Origin: Eledone cirrhosa
Taxonomy: Eukaryota
Direction of reading: 5' to 3'
Length of the DNA stretch: 64,000 nt
Assembly (NCBI GenBank): GCA_964016885.1
Contig: OZ024754.1
Coordinates: forward strand, 34,162,001-34,226,000
Shown here piece after piece: positions 13,798 to 27,063 of the stretch. The position numbers and the translations under genes are program-made. The notes under the pieces were generated by a model. It searched no databases. It was not told where the DNA came from and was given only the letters and a program-made list of their open reading frames with translations. How positions within the stretch are numbered: position 1 is the first letter of the stretch; every line of letters begins with the position of its first letter.

Positions 13798-14319
13798 CCC
13801 TTTAGCATTTACATTACTCTATATTTACTATTCTATTTTCACAGTAACGGCTTTACCTCACATAATATTGAATCTATGAGGTTTAGATATTATTTATTTT
13901 GAGAACAAAACCTTAACATCAGCATGAATGGCTGGTTACATCCATTTTGAACAGAAAGAGGTGAGAGAATTCTGGCCGAATGCGGCCAGTTTAAATGCTA
14001 AAGGGTTAAACCTTACTTTAGCAGGGAAACTGGTCTTTAACCCTTTAGCATTTATACTGACCGTATCCGGTCAGAATTCTCTCACCTCTTTCTCTTCAAA
14101 GCGGCTGTAACCGGCCACTTATACTGACATTAAAGTATTGTTCTCAAAATAAATAATACCAAAATCTCAAAGATTTTATATTATGTGAGATAAAGCCTTT
14201 ACCGTGAAAAGACAATAGTATATATAGAGTATGTAAATGTTATGTGAGATATTATGTAAGGTAAAGCCTTTACCGTGAAAATACAATAGAATATATAGAG
14301 TAATGTGAATGTTAAAGAG
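13798..14319. mobile_element. Two piggyBac-type MITEs in opposite orientation
   Basis: 13798-14005 and 14041-14319, each TTAA-flanked, separated by one unit of a roughly 31-bp local repeat. Confidence 0.82.
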
Positions 14320-14672
14320 TTAAACCTTGCTTTAGCAAGGAAACTGGTCTTAAAACACTTGTTGAGTTGTAGTATTGTTTCTTTATTGTTTATATATCTG
14401 AATAGTTGTAAGTGTATTTCAGTTAGTGGACTGGTTGAGAAGAAGACACTACATAGCTCACTGTGTCATCACAACAATAACAGTGATGGCACATCTATTT
14501 ATTTCACAGTCATTGCTGTGATGTCACAGTGAGATACATGGTTATATCACATTGTCATCGCAGCAATGACACAAATTCCAACAGCACATCTTATCCTAAT
14601 CAATATAGCAACAAAATGTCTGGCATAGCAGAAATAACGGCATATAGAATATTTCTAGGGAAACTACCATGG

Positions 14673-14673
14673 T

Positions 14674-14723
<50 letters not shown>

Positions 14724-14750
14724 ATAGTAAGTAGTAGTGGTAGTAGTAGT

Positions 14751-14788
<38 letters not shown>

Positions 14789-14993
14789 AGTAGTAAGTAG
14801 TAGAGTAGTAGTAAGTAGTAGTAGTAGTAGTAGCACTAGTAGTAGCAGTAGTAGCACTAGTAGTAGCAGTAGTAGTAAGCAGTAGTAGTAGTAGTGGTAG
14901 TAGTAGTAGTGATGGTAGTAGTAGTAGTAGTGTGGTGGTGGTAGTAGTAGTAGTGGTGATGGTGATGGTGGTGGTGGTGGTAGTAGTAGTGTG

Positions 14994-15025
<32 letters not shown>

Positions 15026-15315
15026 GTGGTGGTAATAAAATGGTGATAGTAGACAGTGATGGAACATATTTCTACAGAAGTGCTTCTCCAGAGCATGACT
15101 GTGTGTGTGTGTGTGTGTGTGTGTGTTTGTGTGTTTGTGTGTGTGTGTGTTTGTGAATGTGTGTGTGTATGTGTGTTTGTGTGTGAATGTGTGTTTGTGT
15201 ATGTGTGTGTGTTTGTGTATGTGTGTGTGTATGTGTGTGTGTATGTGTGTTTGTGTGTGAATGTGTGTTTGTGTATATGTGTGTGTGTTTGTGTATGTGT
15301 GTGTGTATGTGTGCG
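14673..15315. repeat. (TAG)n/(TGG)n then (TG)n microsatellites
   Basis: Directly visible. Confidence 0.95.
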
Positions 15316-16547
15316 TACTTATAGAATCGGAAACAATAGTAAGCCGGCGGGAGGGGGGGGGGGGGGGTAGTAAAAAAAACTGACTGACCTGTAATATACT
15401 AGTAATAATTGTTTCTACTTTAGGCACAAGGCCAGCAATTACCCAGTGCATTACTGGTACTTTATTTTATCGACCCCGTAAGGATGAAAGGCAAAGTCAA
15501 CCTCGGTCAACTAGTAATAATAATAATTCTTTCTACTTTTGGCACAAGGCCAGCAATTACCCAGTACATTACTGGTACTTTATTTTATCGACCCCGTAAG
15601 GATGAAAGGCAAAGTTAACCTCGGCGGGATTTGAACTCAGACCATAAAGAAAATTAATGGTTTCTTTATTAACCACAAAGGGTTTACAAAAAAAATACAA
15701 TAAGGATGGTACAGGACGATAATAATAATAGTAAGAGTAATAATGATAATGTTTTCTATAATGATAATAATTGAAGCTGTTGAACATGGCATAAAATAGC
15801 AGTATGAATGGTAAGAGAAGAGGAAGGGAAAGAGAAGTGCTACAGGGTGGATGGAGAGGGGGGGGAGACAGAAGAGAGGGTTGAGGGGGAGTGAAGAAGA
15901 GAGGAGTAGAGGGTTGAGAAGAGGGTTGAAGAGAAAGATGGAGAGAGAGACTGGGAGGAGAGAAAAGAGAGAAAGATGGAAAGAGGGAGAGAGAGAAGGA
16001 AAGAAAGAAAATTTGAGAGAGCAAGAGTAAGATGGAGAGAAGGAAAGAGAAATTGAGAGAATATTAGATATAGACAGAGAGAAAATGAAAGATGGGGGGG
16101 GGGGGCAGTGGAAGGAAATGTTTTAATGTATAAATGTTGACATTCTAACAAAGTTGGAATTGATGCAGTTATGTGTATCATTGAATTGAATATATATATA
16201 ATATATATATAATATATATATATAATATATATATATATAATATATATATTTAATTATATATATAATATATATATTATATATATATAATATAATATATATA
16301 TATAATATATATTATATATATAATATATATATAATATATATATAATATATATTATATATATATAATATATATTATATATATATAATATATATTATATATA
16401 TATAATATATATTATATATATATAATATATATTATATATATATTATATATATATAATATATATTATATATATATTATATATATATAATATATATTATATA
16501 TATATAACATATATTATACAATATATATATTATTTACTTTATATTAT

Positions 16548-18142
16548 ATCATCATCATTGTTTAACGTCCATTTTCCACGCTAGCATGGGTAGGGACGGG
16601 TCCTATTCAGCACAGCATCTCTCCACTTGTCACGGTCCTTCGTCATCTCCACCGTGAGCTTCAGCGATCTGAGGTCTGTTCTCACCATCTCCGCCCATGT
16701 TTTTCGTGGTCTACCTCTACCACGTCTTCCTTCAACTGGCATTTCCTGGCACTTCTTCACCCATCGGTCATCTTCCATGCGCATCACATGTCCATACCAC
16801 CGCAGTCTCCTCTCTCACACACTACATTCTATCCCTCTAAGACACAGTTTCTCTCTCAACACATCCATGCTGGGTCGTAAACGAACATTGACAGTGCACA
16901 TCCAACGGAGCATGCTTGCCTCATTTCTCTCCAGCCGTCGCATATCCATGCAGCATCGCGCTCCTCACACAGGCATCATATAACCGGCCTTTCGTACACA
17001 GGGAGAAACCCTTCTTCGTCAGTAGAGGAAGCAGCTCCCTAAACTTCTTCCAACCCGTCCTTATTCTAGATACTATGGCCCCGGAACACCCCCTCCCATG
17101 CTAATCTGATCTCCTAGGTACCGGAAGCTATCCACCACTTCTATAGCACCCGCCTGCATTTGAAAAATGTGTCCATCAATGCGACTTCTACTGTCTAATT
17201 TCCCTGTTCATCTACTGCATACATATTTCTCCCTACCTGTTAGTTTGCCTGCTATCCCACTACAACTCAGCAAGACCTTTGTCAGCCGCTCTCCAGATAT
17301 CTATTTAAGGCTGTATACAGCTATGGTGCGACCACACTTAGAATTTGCATCACCAGTCTGGAACCCCTATCTTGCTCAGGACATTGACCGCCTGGAAACT
17401 GTTCAGAGACGTGCAACCAAGCGAATACCCTCCATCAGGCATCTACCATACTCTGATCGCCTTGCTTCCCTGGGCATGGATTCATTGAAGTTCCGACGCC
17501 TGGCAACTGACTTGGTAAACACCCACAAAATTGTTAACCATGTTGCCAACAACAACCCTGAGTGCCTTTTCGATTTCCATGTGTCTAACACACGTGGACA
17601 TGCCCACAAAGTAAGAAAACAGCACAGTTCCCATGACTTTCGGAAACATTTTTTCACGCTCAGAGTTGCTGAAGCATGGAACAAACTACCTGCATCAGTT
17701 GTTAGCTGTCGAGACGCTGCATCCTTTAAGGCCTCCATGCTTCCCGAGATCCGCCAACACTACAGCTAACACATACAAACATGTACTTCCCTGGCATTTG
17801 TGTATTATTCTATGTACTATATTGACGAGTTGTAGTGCACCTGAGCACTTTACACAATAATTTCATTATTATTTTATTATTATCTCTTGTGTACCCAGGA
17901 TCTGCATTGTGTGCATTTTATAGAATTTATGCCAATTCCTTTTCTGCATATCGAACATGGCCATTTCCCTGATGAAATCAGAGTTTTGTCCTCTTTTCTA
18001 CTCATCAACACTTTTGTCTTAGCTAGGTTCACTCTCAGTCCTCTTGCTTCCAACTGCTGTTTCCATAGCCAGAATATATTCTCTAGCTCCTCTACTGATT
18101 CTGCTATAAGAACCAGATCGTCAGCATCGAGAAGTTCCCATG
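16548..18142 (-). mobile_element. 5'-truncated RTE LINE (related to 38693) interrupted by CR1
   Basis: RRLRWYGHVMRMEDDRWVKKC...GRPRKTW at 16581-16810. The segment 17883-18142 continues upstream to WELL.ADDL (RT catalytic motif). Confidence 0.88.
17265..17882 (+). mobile_element. 5'-truncated CR1-type LINE nested in the RTE element
   Basis: LYTAMVRPHLEFASPVWNP...LETVQRRATK...TRGH...FFTLRVAEAWNKLP, followed by a 3' UTR containing GAGTTGTAGTGCACCTGAGCAC and an (ATT)n tail. Isolated tails also occur at about 1695-1790, 22410-22530 and 40480-40700. Confidence 0.9.
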
Positions 18143-18176
18143 GATATATAATATTTAATATAAAGTATATAATATA

Positions 18177-18795
18177 CTAGCAGTGGTACCCGGCGTTGCA
18201 CGGGATAAGGTATTTTGGAACACGGGCCGCCAACAGACCTAATCATGGAAAAACTGCATGCCTGGACAATATGTAAAGAAAATAAACTGAATACTCTGAT
18301 GGTTGGATAATCTTTAAGATTTTCCTCGATGAAGCAGGAAAAATGCAGGTTTTCACCTAATACCTAGGGGATCAAGAAAATGAATTATTTTTATGTGCAT
18401 AATATGCCTTGAAATTTCAGGAAAATCGGCTAGACATAACGCCTCAAAAAAGCCCTAAAAAGCTGGAAAAAATGAAGTTTTTCACCTAATGCGGGCCATA
18501 AAAATTGGATTTTCTTTGCTCACCGTATGAATTGTGACTAATACATAGTCACAATTTCAAGGAAATCGGTCTGACGTAACGCCTCATAAAACACCTAAAA
18601 AGCTGAAAAAACGCAGTTTTTCACCCAATGCGGGCCCTAGGGGTTTTTTTTATGTGCATAACACTCCCTGAAACATAAGTAATACTCATGTAAAGTTTGA
18701 AAAAAATCGGTTGGGTACTTCTTGAGTTTTAGGGATTCAAACTTACAGACACACACAAACACACAGACAGACATCCTCAGTTTTATATAAATAGA
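18177..18795 (-). mobile_element. Non-autonomous Helitron
   Basis: Minus strand A|TCTATTTATATAAAAC...CCCGTGCAACGCCGGG-TACCACTG-CTAG|T: 5' TC, subterminal hairpin, 3' CTAG, A/T insertion site, no TSD. Confidence 0.88.
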
Positions 18796-19010
18796 TAATA
18801 TATAGCATCATCATCATCACCACCATTTAATGTCTATCTTCCAAGCATGGGTTAGACAGGCTGTCACATTATGAAGCCAGGCAGGTCAGGTGACCATGTC
18901 AGGTTCATACAATCTATGGCTAGGTGCCCTTCCTAACACCAATCACTTTACATTGTGTACTGGGAGCTGTTTTTTTTTTTTGTGGCACCACTGGGTGGTT
19001 TTCACCATGG

Positions 19011-19770
19011 CACCAGTACAACCATACAGGGTGAACTGGGTACTTTTTGTTGTGGTGCCAGTATGACCACATTACAGGGTGAACTGGGTGCTTTTTGTTG
19101 TGGTGCCAGTATGACCACATTACAGGGTGGACTGGGTGCTTTTTGTTGTGGTGCCAGTATGACCACATTACAGGGTGGACTGGGTGCTTTTTGTTGTGGT
19201 GCCAGTATGACCACATTACAGGGTTAACTGGGTGCTTTTTGTTGTGGTGCCAGTATGACCACATTACAGGGTGGACTGGGTGCTTTTTGTTGTGGTGCCA
19301 GTATGACCACATTACAGGGTGAACTGGGTGCTTTTTGTTGTGGTGCCAGTATGACCACATTACAGGGTGGACTGGGTGCTTTTTGTTGTGGTGCCAGTAT
19401 GACCACATTACAGGGTGGACTGGGTGCTTTTTGTTGTGGTGCCAGTATAACCACATTACAGGGTGAACTGGGTGCTTTTTGTTGTGGTGCCAGTATGACC
19501 ACATTACAGGGTGGACTGGGTGCTTTTTGTTGTGGTGCCAGTATGACCACATTACAGGGTGGACTGGGTGCTTTTTGTTGTGGTGCCAGTATGACCACAT
19601 TACAGGGTGAACTGGGTGCTTTTTGTTGTGGTGCCAGTATGACCACATTACAGGGTGGACTGGGTGCTTTTTGTTGTGGTGCCAGTATGACCACATTACA
19701 GGGTGGACTGGGTGCTTTTTGTTGTGGTGCCAGTATGACCACATTACAGGCTGAACCGGATGCTTTTTTG
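19011..19770. repeat. 48-bp minisatellite, about 15.5 copies
   Basis: Unit CCAGTATGACCACATTACAGGGTG(G/A)ACTGGGTGCTTTTTGTTGTGGTG, giving 16-aa periodic ORFs. Confidence 0.95.
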
Positions 19771-21139
19771 TGATGGCATCAATACTATACAACCATACAG
19801 AATGGATTGGGTGCATTTTGTAATGGCACTAGTCCTGCAACCATACAGGGTGGACTGGGTGCTTTTTGTCATGGCACCAGCATGACCACTTTTCAAAGCA
19901 GAGTGGATGCTTTTTTTTGCTGCTGTGGTACCAGCACAACTATCGTACAGGGTGGACTGGGTACTTTTTGTCATGACATCAGCACTCTGGGAGAGAAAAT
20001 GGTATGTCATGCAGGTGGCTTTGAAGAGAATAAGTTGTATTTGGTAATATATTGTGGGGTGTGTCCGACTTTCCGCGCATGCATGGGTTGGACAGGAAAG
20101 GTAGGTCTATCAGGGGTGTGCTAGCGATGGAGTGTATCATCATCATCATTGATGAACATCTATTTTCCATATATATATATATATACATGTGTGTGTGTGG
20201 GGGGGGGGGTATATCAATCATAAGATTTGAAAAGAAAGAAAAATCACAAGCATATAAAGATAGAAACATGGATGTCAAGACAGAAAAATATTGAGAAAAT
20301 GAGAAGCAGTGAAAGAAATGTTTAATCAAATACTCAAAGATAAAGAATGAAAAATAGTGTCAATGAAATTTTCATTGAAACTTCAACTAAAACTGTCAAG
20401 AGTCACTATAGAACTATTCTTCTTTGTTTTTTTTAAGAAATTTTCATTTGAAAATACAAAAAATGTCAAGAATCAGCTTCAGAAAACTTTTTTATGAAAT
20501 TTTGATGGGAAATTCAACAAAATTTGTCATGAATCAGTTTAAGATTCTTTTATATTTTTTTAATGAAATTTTCATTGAAAATTCGACTAAAACTGTCGAG
20601 AATCAACATAGGACTGTTTCTTTTTGATTTTGTATTTCATTTCCTCCAACAGGTTTCAATGTAAATGTCACTCACTTCAAGAAGACAGACATTGTTCCCC
20701 CTTTCAAGCTAAGGAAGCTGGCATGTTGTAAAACTACATTAATACCATTATAAATCACATTCAAAGTACAGATCACACAATATATTACATGTGTAGTTTC
20801 ATGTCAGTAGTGAAATTAATTCACTGTTTTCAAAATATATTGATTTCTAATTTAGGTACAAGGCCAACAATTTGAAGGAAGGGGAAAGTAGATTACATTG
20901 ACTCAAGTACAGGACTGGTACTCATACCAGTACATGTACATGACTGCTGCAAAGCATTTTGTCTAATGATTCTGCCAATTTACCTCTTTTATTTTCAAAA
21001 TATATTACAACTGTTCTATTCCATGTTCAGGCAACCAGAATTGGTTTCTAGGACTGACATATTAGTGTAGTGTAAATATATAACTTGTAAAACTAGATGA
21101 AGAAATAAATTAATGCATGCAAGATTTCACAGCTCTAGC

Positions 21140-21576
21140 CTACCCTAACCACCAGAAGCTTTGAGTGTACTCCTGATTGGTACAACTACTGAATCAAGAC
21201 ACTTTCTCCAAAATATCCAGAAGTACAATAATGCATTCCAAATGACATCATTTGGTGCAAATGTCATCCATGAAGGCAGCTTTATACCCACATTCAAGAT
21301 CCAAGAGCAAGTGTACCACAGAATTGGACCACTTCAGACACTTTCAGAAGAAGAACCAAAATATTTACAACTGTATTTCATCAGTGACATGAAAACCCAA
21401 ACACAGACAAGATATGAAAGGAATAAAGAAACTAAGTATGAAATCATATTGCAACTAAAAGATATGTTACATAAAAGAAACAGCTATATTAGAAATTTCA
21501 AATATATCCTAGAAAAAGTTTTGAATGAAATTTCATTATTTTCTTTAACCTGGGCAATGCTAGGTACTTCTGCTAG
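21140..21576 (+). mobile_element. Deleted Helitron retaining a Rep/helicase N-terminal fragment
   Basis: FLQNIQKYNNAFQMTSFGA...FKIQEQVYHRIGPL...PKYLQLYF, joined to a CCTGGGCAATGCTAGG-TACTTCTG-CTAG|T Helitron 3' end. Confidence 0.8.
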
Positions 21577-22406
21577 TTGTATATATATAGAGAGGGGGGG
21601 GGGACAAAAAGAAATCTTATACCACATGTGAACTAAACATCAAAAGATTTTATTGCCTACTTGATAATTTTTAATCAAGAGAATCATCACTCAGTTGAAT
21701 TACTAATTAATGCTGTTGATTCCTGAACAATCAGTGAAGTAGTTGGTCATCCCCTGGGGTAGGGGACTTCTGAGTAACAACTGACTGATCTGCAGAAATA
21801 AACTATTATATTCTACCCTGGTATACAGCATGCTTTCTACCATTCATTGATACCTATGCAATAAATTATAGCTAAATTTAATGTAAAATAAATCTCCACT
21901 TAACCTTTTCATTACCATGTTTCTCATTAAAAAAATGCCTATGTATTCCAAATCATTTTGAACATAATCAAGAATTTGGAAAGATTTGTAATGTGCAGCG
22001 AAATGTCACACTTGGTAGTGAATTGATAGACGTTTTGTTTCCCTTTTTATTTCCTCTCTCTGGCTTTGATTGTATATTTTGATGCATTGTATTTGTAAGG
22101 TCCTTCGAAATAGTTAGTTGTATTTATTATGTGTGTTTGCACATTCATTCTGAAAGAGTTGCGAAGAATTTGTAATGTTATTTATACAAATGTGAATAAT
22201 ATTTAGCAAAATAATTAACTTCCTCGTTCTTAAGTTGATGTTTGAGACATAAATGTTATTACGTAGAATAATAAGGGAAGGGTTTTAGATAAACAATCAA
22301 GAATTCAGAGAGATTTAGTAATATGATGAATTTTCTCATTATTTATTATATATGTTGTTATATTTTGGGGTGGCAATGTTGCCAATATATATATGTGTGT
22401 GTGTGT

Positions 22407-22440
<34 letters not shown>

Positions 22441-23668
22441 AATTATTGTGTACAGTGCTCAGGTGCACTACAACTCATCAAAGGTGCATGTATAGTACAT
22501 AGAATAATGTACAACTGTCAGGAAAATGAACACTAATGAAAAAAAACATCCAGGATTTAATTACATTAAATTATTTAACAGATTTATAAACGTTCTTTCA
22601 AATACAGTAGGAAGTATCATTTTATTTCTCTCTACTCTCTACTGAATTCCTCAGAATCATTAAACAATACAAAAACCATAATTATTTATCAGCCTTAGAT
22701 GAATGAAGAGCAAAGTTAACCTCAGTAGGATTTGAACTCAAAGAGCAGAGAGCTGAAATGAAACAAATATCACAAAGCATTCGATCCGACATTCTAACAA
22801 CTCTGACAATTCGCTGCCTTCTTACAGAATTACAAACCGAATAATTGGCTTTTCTAGAAAGGACGGAACTTCAGAGTTTAACAAATTTTCTTGTCACAGC
22901 AAATCATTTTAAAACAGGGTGGTAAGTTCAAACAATGAAATTCGTGGCAATTATTTTTATTGGCAAAATTTCCATCTAATGTATTTTTCTTGGTAGAGGT
23001 TTTTATTATTAATTCTGTGTGAAGGGAATGGTTTGGCAGTATCGGTAGGGCATAGGACAACATCCTCTGCCTCAAATAGTTATGGTCCTTTACGTTCAAC
23101 CCTATTTATAAGCTGAGGCAACTAATCAACACATTGTTTAGATGGTATATATAAAGAACACTATTAAAAGTGGAACATGTATGTATGAGTAATTTACTGT
23201 CAACAGCGAATATATTCAAGGTGTCTAATTGCTGTTGTAATTAATGTGTGTGTGTGTGTGCATGCATGTATCATCATCATCATCAACGTTTAATATCTAT
23301 CTTCCACGCTAGGATGGGTTTAGACGGGAATTGTCCTACTTGAGACAAGATTGGTCGGGTGACCATGTCTCGCTCGTATAGGGCTGTCTGGCAGGTTTTC
23401 TACGGCTGGATGCCCTGGTCTAGATTGATACAGATCAAACCATGAACTGATCAATAGCGAAACGCGCATCACTACTCAATAAACGTAATGAAGACATAAC
23501 AAATCGTCCTTTTATTATTGTAATTACACTCTGCTTACTTCTACATCTCTTTATTGACTAGACACTACACATCGAGAGCTCTCTCGGGTGAACCTTCAGT
23601 AACTGCATATTACATTGCCTATATATATATATATGTGAGAAAAACCACAGACCCTCCATCTCAACTCA

Positions 23669-23706
23669 CCTTTTGAAAAGCAGAAGAACTGCGAAACCGG
23701 TAAAGG
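23669..23706 (+). ncRNA. Minimal type I hammerhead ribozyme, U3-A8 core variant
   Basis: CCTT-TTGAAAA-GCAG(AAGAA)CTGC-GAAA-CCGG-TA-AAGG. C3-G8 is replaced by compensatory U3-A8, and loop III is the palindrome CCGG. Confidence 0.7.
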
Positions 23707-23836
23707 AAACAAATAAATATATATATTTAAAAAAAAATAAGACTTCAGTTGCATTTTCGATTTCATCTCTTTTTCTTTATACTTTCACTCGTGTAGGACA
23801 CCTCGGTTATTTTTCATTTTGTAAAAAAAACCTCAC

Positions 23837-23879
<43 letters not shown>

Positions 23880-24815
23880 GAAGGAAATGTGGTAAGGAAC
23901 CAGGTGGACCATAACGCACCAAAGTACTCAATACTTAGGGTAGTAGAGTGGGTAATAGGAACGAGTAGGACCCCGACGGCTGAGCTCAAGCCGTTTCGAC
24001 GGCTAATTTTGGACAATTGACGGCTAATTGAGTCCAGAATTAGCCGTCGAAACGGCTTGAGCTCAGCCGTTGGGGTCCTACTCGTTTCTATATATATATA
24101 TATATAGTCATTTTTTGGTGCCACAAAAAAAACCACAGATTCCACACTGCAAAGTGGTTGTGCAGGGGTGACGACAAAAGCACCCAGTCCACATTGTAAA
24201 TGTGGCTGGCGTTAGGAAGGGCATCCAGCCATAGAAACCAAGCCAAGAATAATTCTGTATGAGTAAGACACAGTCATCTGATCTAACTTATTTCACAATG
24301 GGACAATTTGTCTAACCCATGCTAGCGTGGAAGAATGGACATTAAATGGTGGTGATGATGATGATGATATATATAGTACATCAGTTAATATTGCCAAGAC
24401 TCAATGTATCCCAGACCATGTGTATATATATATGTGTGTGTGTATGTGTGTATTATATTTCCGTGGAAAAGGTAAGTGAAAGAAGAGTGCTCTATGTATT
24501 GTACAGAGCTATTTAATTACATAATAAACAACACAATATAATTATTCCATTACCAAAGGTTTCAGGAAACTAAACGATCTTAACAGAAATGTCCAGCACG
24601 CTGAGTAAAGAAGTGCCAAGAAATCCCAGTAGAAGGAAGACGCAGTAGAGGTAGACCACGAAAAACATGGGCAGAGGGGGTGAGAGCAGACCTCAGATCG
24701 CTGAAACTCACCGAGATGACGAAGGACTGTGACAAGTGGAGAGATGCTGTGCTGAATAAGACCCGTCCAACCCTTGCAAGCAGGGAAAAGCGGACGTAAA
24801 ATGATGATGATGATG

Positions 24816-24850
<35 letters not shown>

Positions 24851-26793
24851 TATAAAGATAAGAAAATCAGAAAGTAAGTGATGAACTTACATGGAGATCA
24901 ATATTTTGTGTATTGATCAAAATTATTATTTTGTATAAATATAAATATTTATACAACACGACTGCATCAGACAGTATCTTAGGTAATACGGTTGTTACGT
25001 TGCCCGAAAAAAGCACTTAGTCAACCCTAACAGATGGTTGTGGTGGTACCACAAGAAAACAAACCCATGTAATAAAGTGGTTGACATTAGGAAGGGCATC
25101 CAGCCATGGAGACCATGCCAAAATGGAACATATAAGCAAGACAGTTGTCTGACTTAGCTACTAGTCTCTGATAGACAACTCAAGCTAACCCATTTAAGCA
25201 TGGAAAATAGACATTATACAGTGATGATGATGATATCTATATATTTTATCAAATTTGGTTATATTTCGTATTTTTTCTTTATTTTTTGGATGAGGTTAAT
25301 TATGTTCTATACCAGTGGTCCCCAAACAGTGCTCTGCAGCGCATCAGTATGCCATAAAATTAAGTTTTAAGATGTGAAAAATACAAACTGAAATGTATAG
25401 TTAAGTTCATATAAAGCTGTTAAAGTGGCAAAGATTTGTGAAAAATAACACAATCTATCAACTCTTAAGAATGGGAAGTGGTTTACACCATAAATTTGAA
25501 AATTTAGAGTACAAAGTGCAAGAACATATTTTTACTTTTTTCAAAAATGCACTGTGAGTTATATAATGCGAAAAATAGAGTCAAAATTTGGCCTTTTTTT
25601 ACTAAATAAGCTAAAACATATAGATTAATGTGGGACAGAGTTCTCACTAAGCTGTATTGGGTTGTGGAATTACAAGGTAATCAAAATTTACAATGGACTA
25701 GAGTTGGTCAGTGACAAAAACTACATTTTCCAAGGCTTTAACATGAAAATGAAAGTATAGATAACATAATTCAAGAGCTCTATTATTGAAACAGATTGAA
25801 AATCAAAACATACTATTATAGTTTAGGTCCTGTCTGAAATGTTGACTACCATACATAATTGTGTACAGGTCGCCCCATGTAAAAATTGACCCTGTATTTT
25901 TTGCCCTTAAATCTGGATTTTATCCAAATCAAGGTTTTATCATGAACTTAAATGGGAAATTAATTTTTCTACATTATCATATCCCGAAGGCTACTAAAAT
26001 CGGATAAAATACTTTGTGGTATCACTCCAGCTCTCTGAGTTCAAATCCTGCCGAAGTCAGCTTTGCCTTTAATCCTTCGAGATTGATAAAAAAAAGTACC
26101 AGTCTAGTACTGGGGTTGGTTCTTCCTCTATATCTTTGTCTCACTCCATTCTCTCACTTTCTATCCGTCTCTGGAAGAAATCTGCTGCATTCAAACCTTG
26201 AGAGGAGATGGGCTCCACCAAGCTTAAATGTCCTAGAAATGTATGCCACTACAATGCCCCTACGACACCATCAGGAGTTACTGGACCTTGCATACATTAT
26301 ATCCCGATATACACAAGTGGAAATATTTATAAGAGCTATGTTTGAAGCAAAGAAATATCAGTATTATTACTGTAATTAATTGTTTTACTAATATTTACTT
26401 GGGGTCCATTTGAGCTTCTGCTTATTGATAAAGTATTTTGAGATTGATATGTGGATATCAGCCCTTCAAAAGTAGTATCTATGTAATAGTCGAACCCCAT
26501 AAAATTAACCTAAAAAAAAAAATTAGTTTTAAAAATTCAACTTTTACATGAGTATATATAGCAAATGCAATCACATATTTTTTGGGGTGGGGGATGAGGT
26601 ATTAACCACGTCTGTCATGTTTCCGTGTTTCATGTGTTACAGTTTGACAAATGCATCTGAAACTCTTCACATGGCTTCTTACTAAATATATATATAATAT
26701 AGCAAAATATCATCGAAAACTGAGCATTAGATATCAAGGTGCAAATCTTTTATTACCTGAAACAAAATCTTCTCATTGGAACAATATAAGAAT

Positions 26794-27019
26794 TACCAAA
26801 TATACTCGAATATAAGCCAAGGAATATGTGACCCCCCAAAAAAATCAATGCTAGAAGGGGGGGGGGGGGGGCTTATATTCGGGGTTGATATTTTTTGACA
26901 ATTTTTACCAACTTTAAATTCTACATAAATAAGGTTTGGATTTTTGCCAATTTCTCAGACATAAAATAATGGGGTCAGTTTATATTTGTCTTGGCTTATA
27001 TTCAAGTATATATACGGTA
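26794..27019. mobile_element. pogo/Tigger-like MITE about 45 bp from the CELSR donor
   Basis: TACC.AATATACTCGAATATAAGCC / GGCTTATATTCAAGTATATATACGGTA TIRs. A second copy lies at 52907-53120. Confidence 0.75.
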
Positions 27020-27063
27020 TTTAAAAGTTAATTGAAACAATACAGAAATTATTTGAAACTTAC

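Noticed and set aside
18920-19816. 298-aa His/Trp-rich repeat protein ORF
   Set aside because: It is the translation of a 48-bp minisatellite that is open in several frames and derived from a retroelement tail.
24925-24975. Minus-strand CTGATGC followed by an AT hairpin
   Set aside because: The core is altered and no GAAA or closing stem I is present; too decayed to call.
27002-27063. ORF tail GKFQIISVLFQLTFKYRIYT*
   Set aside because: Read-through past a strong GTAAGT donor into the intron and a MITE.
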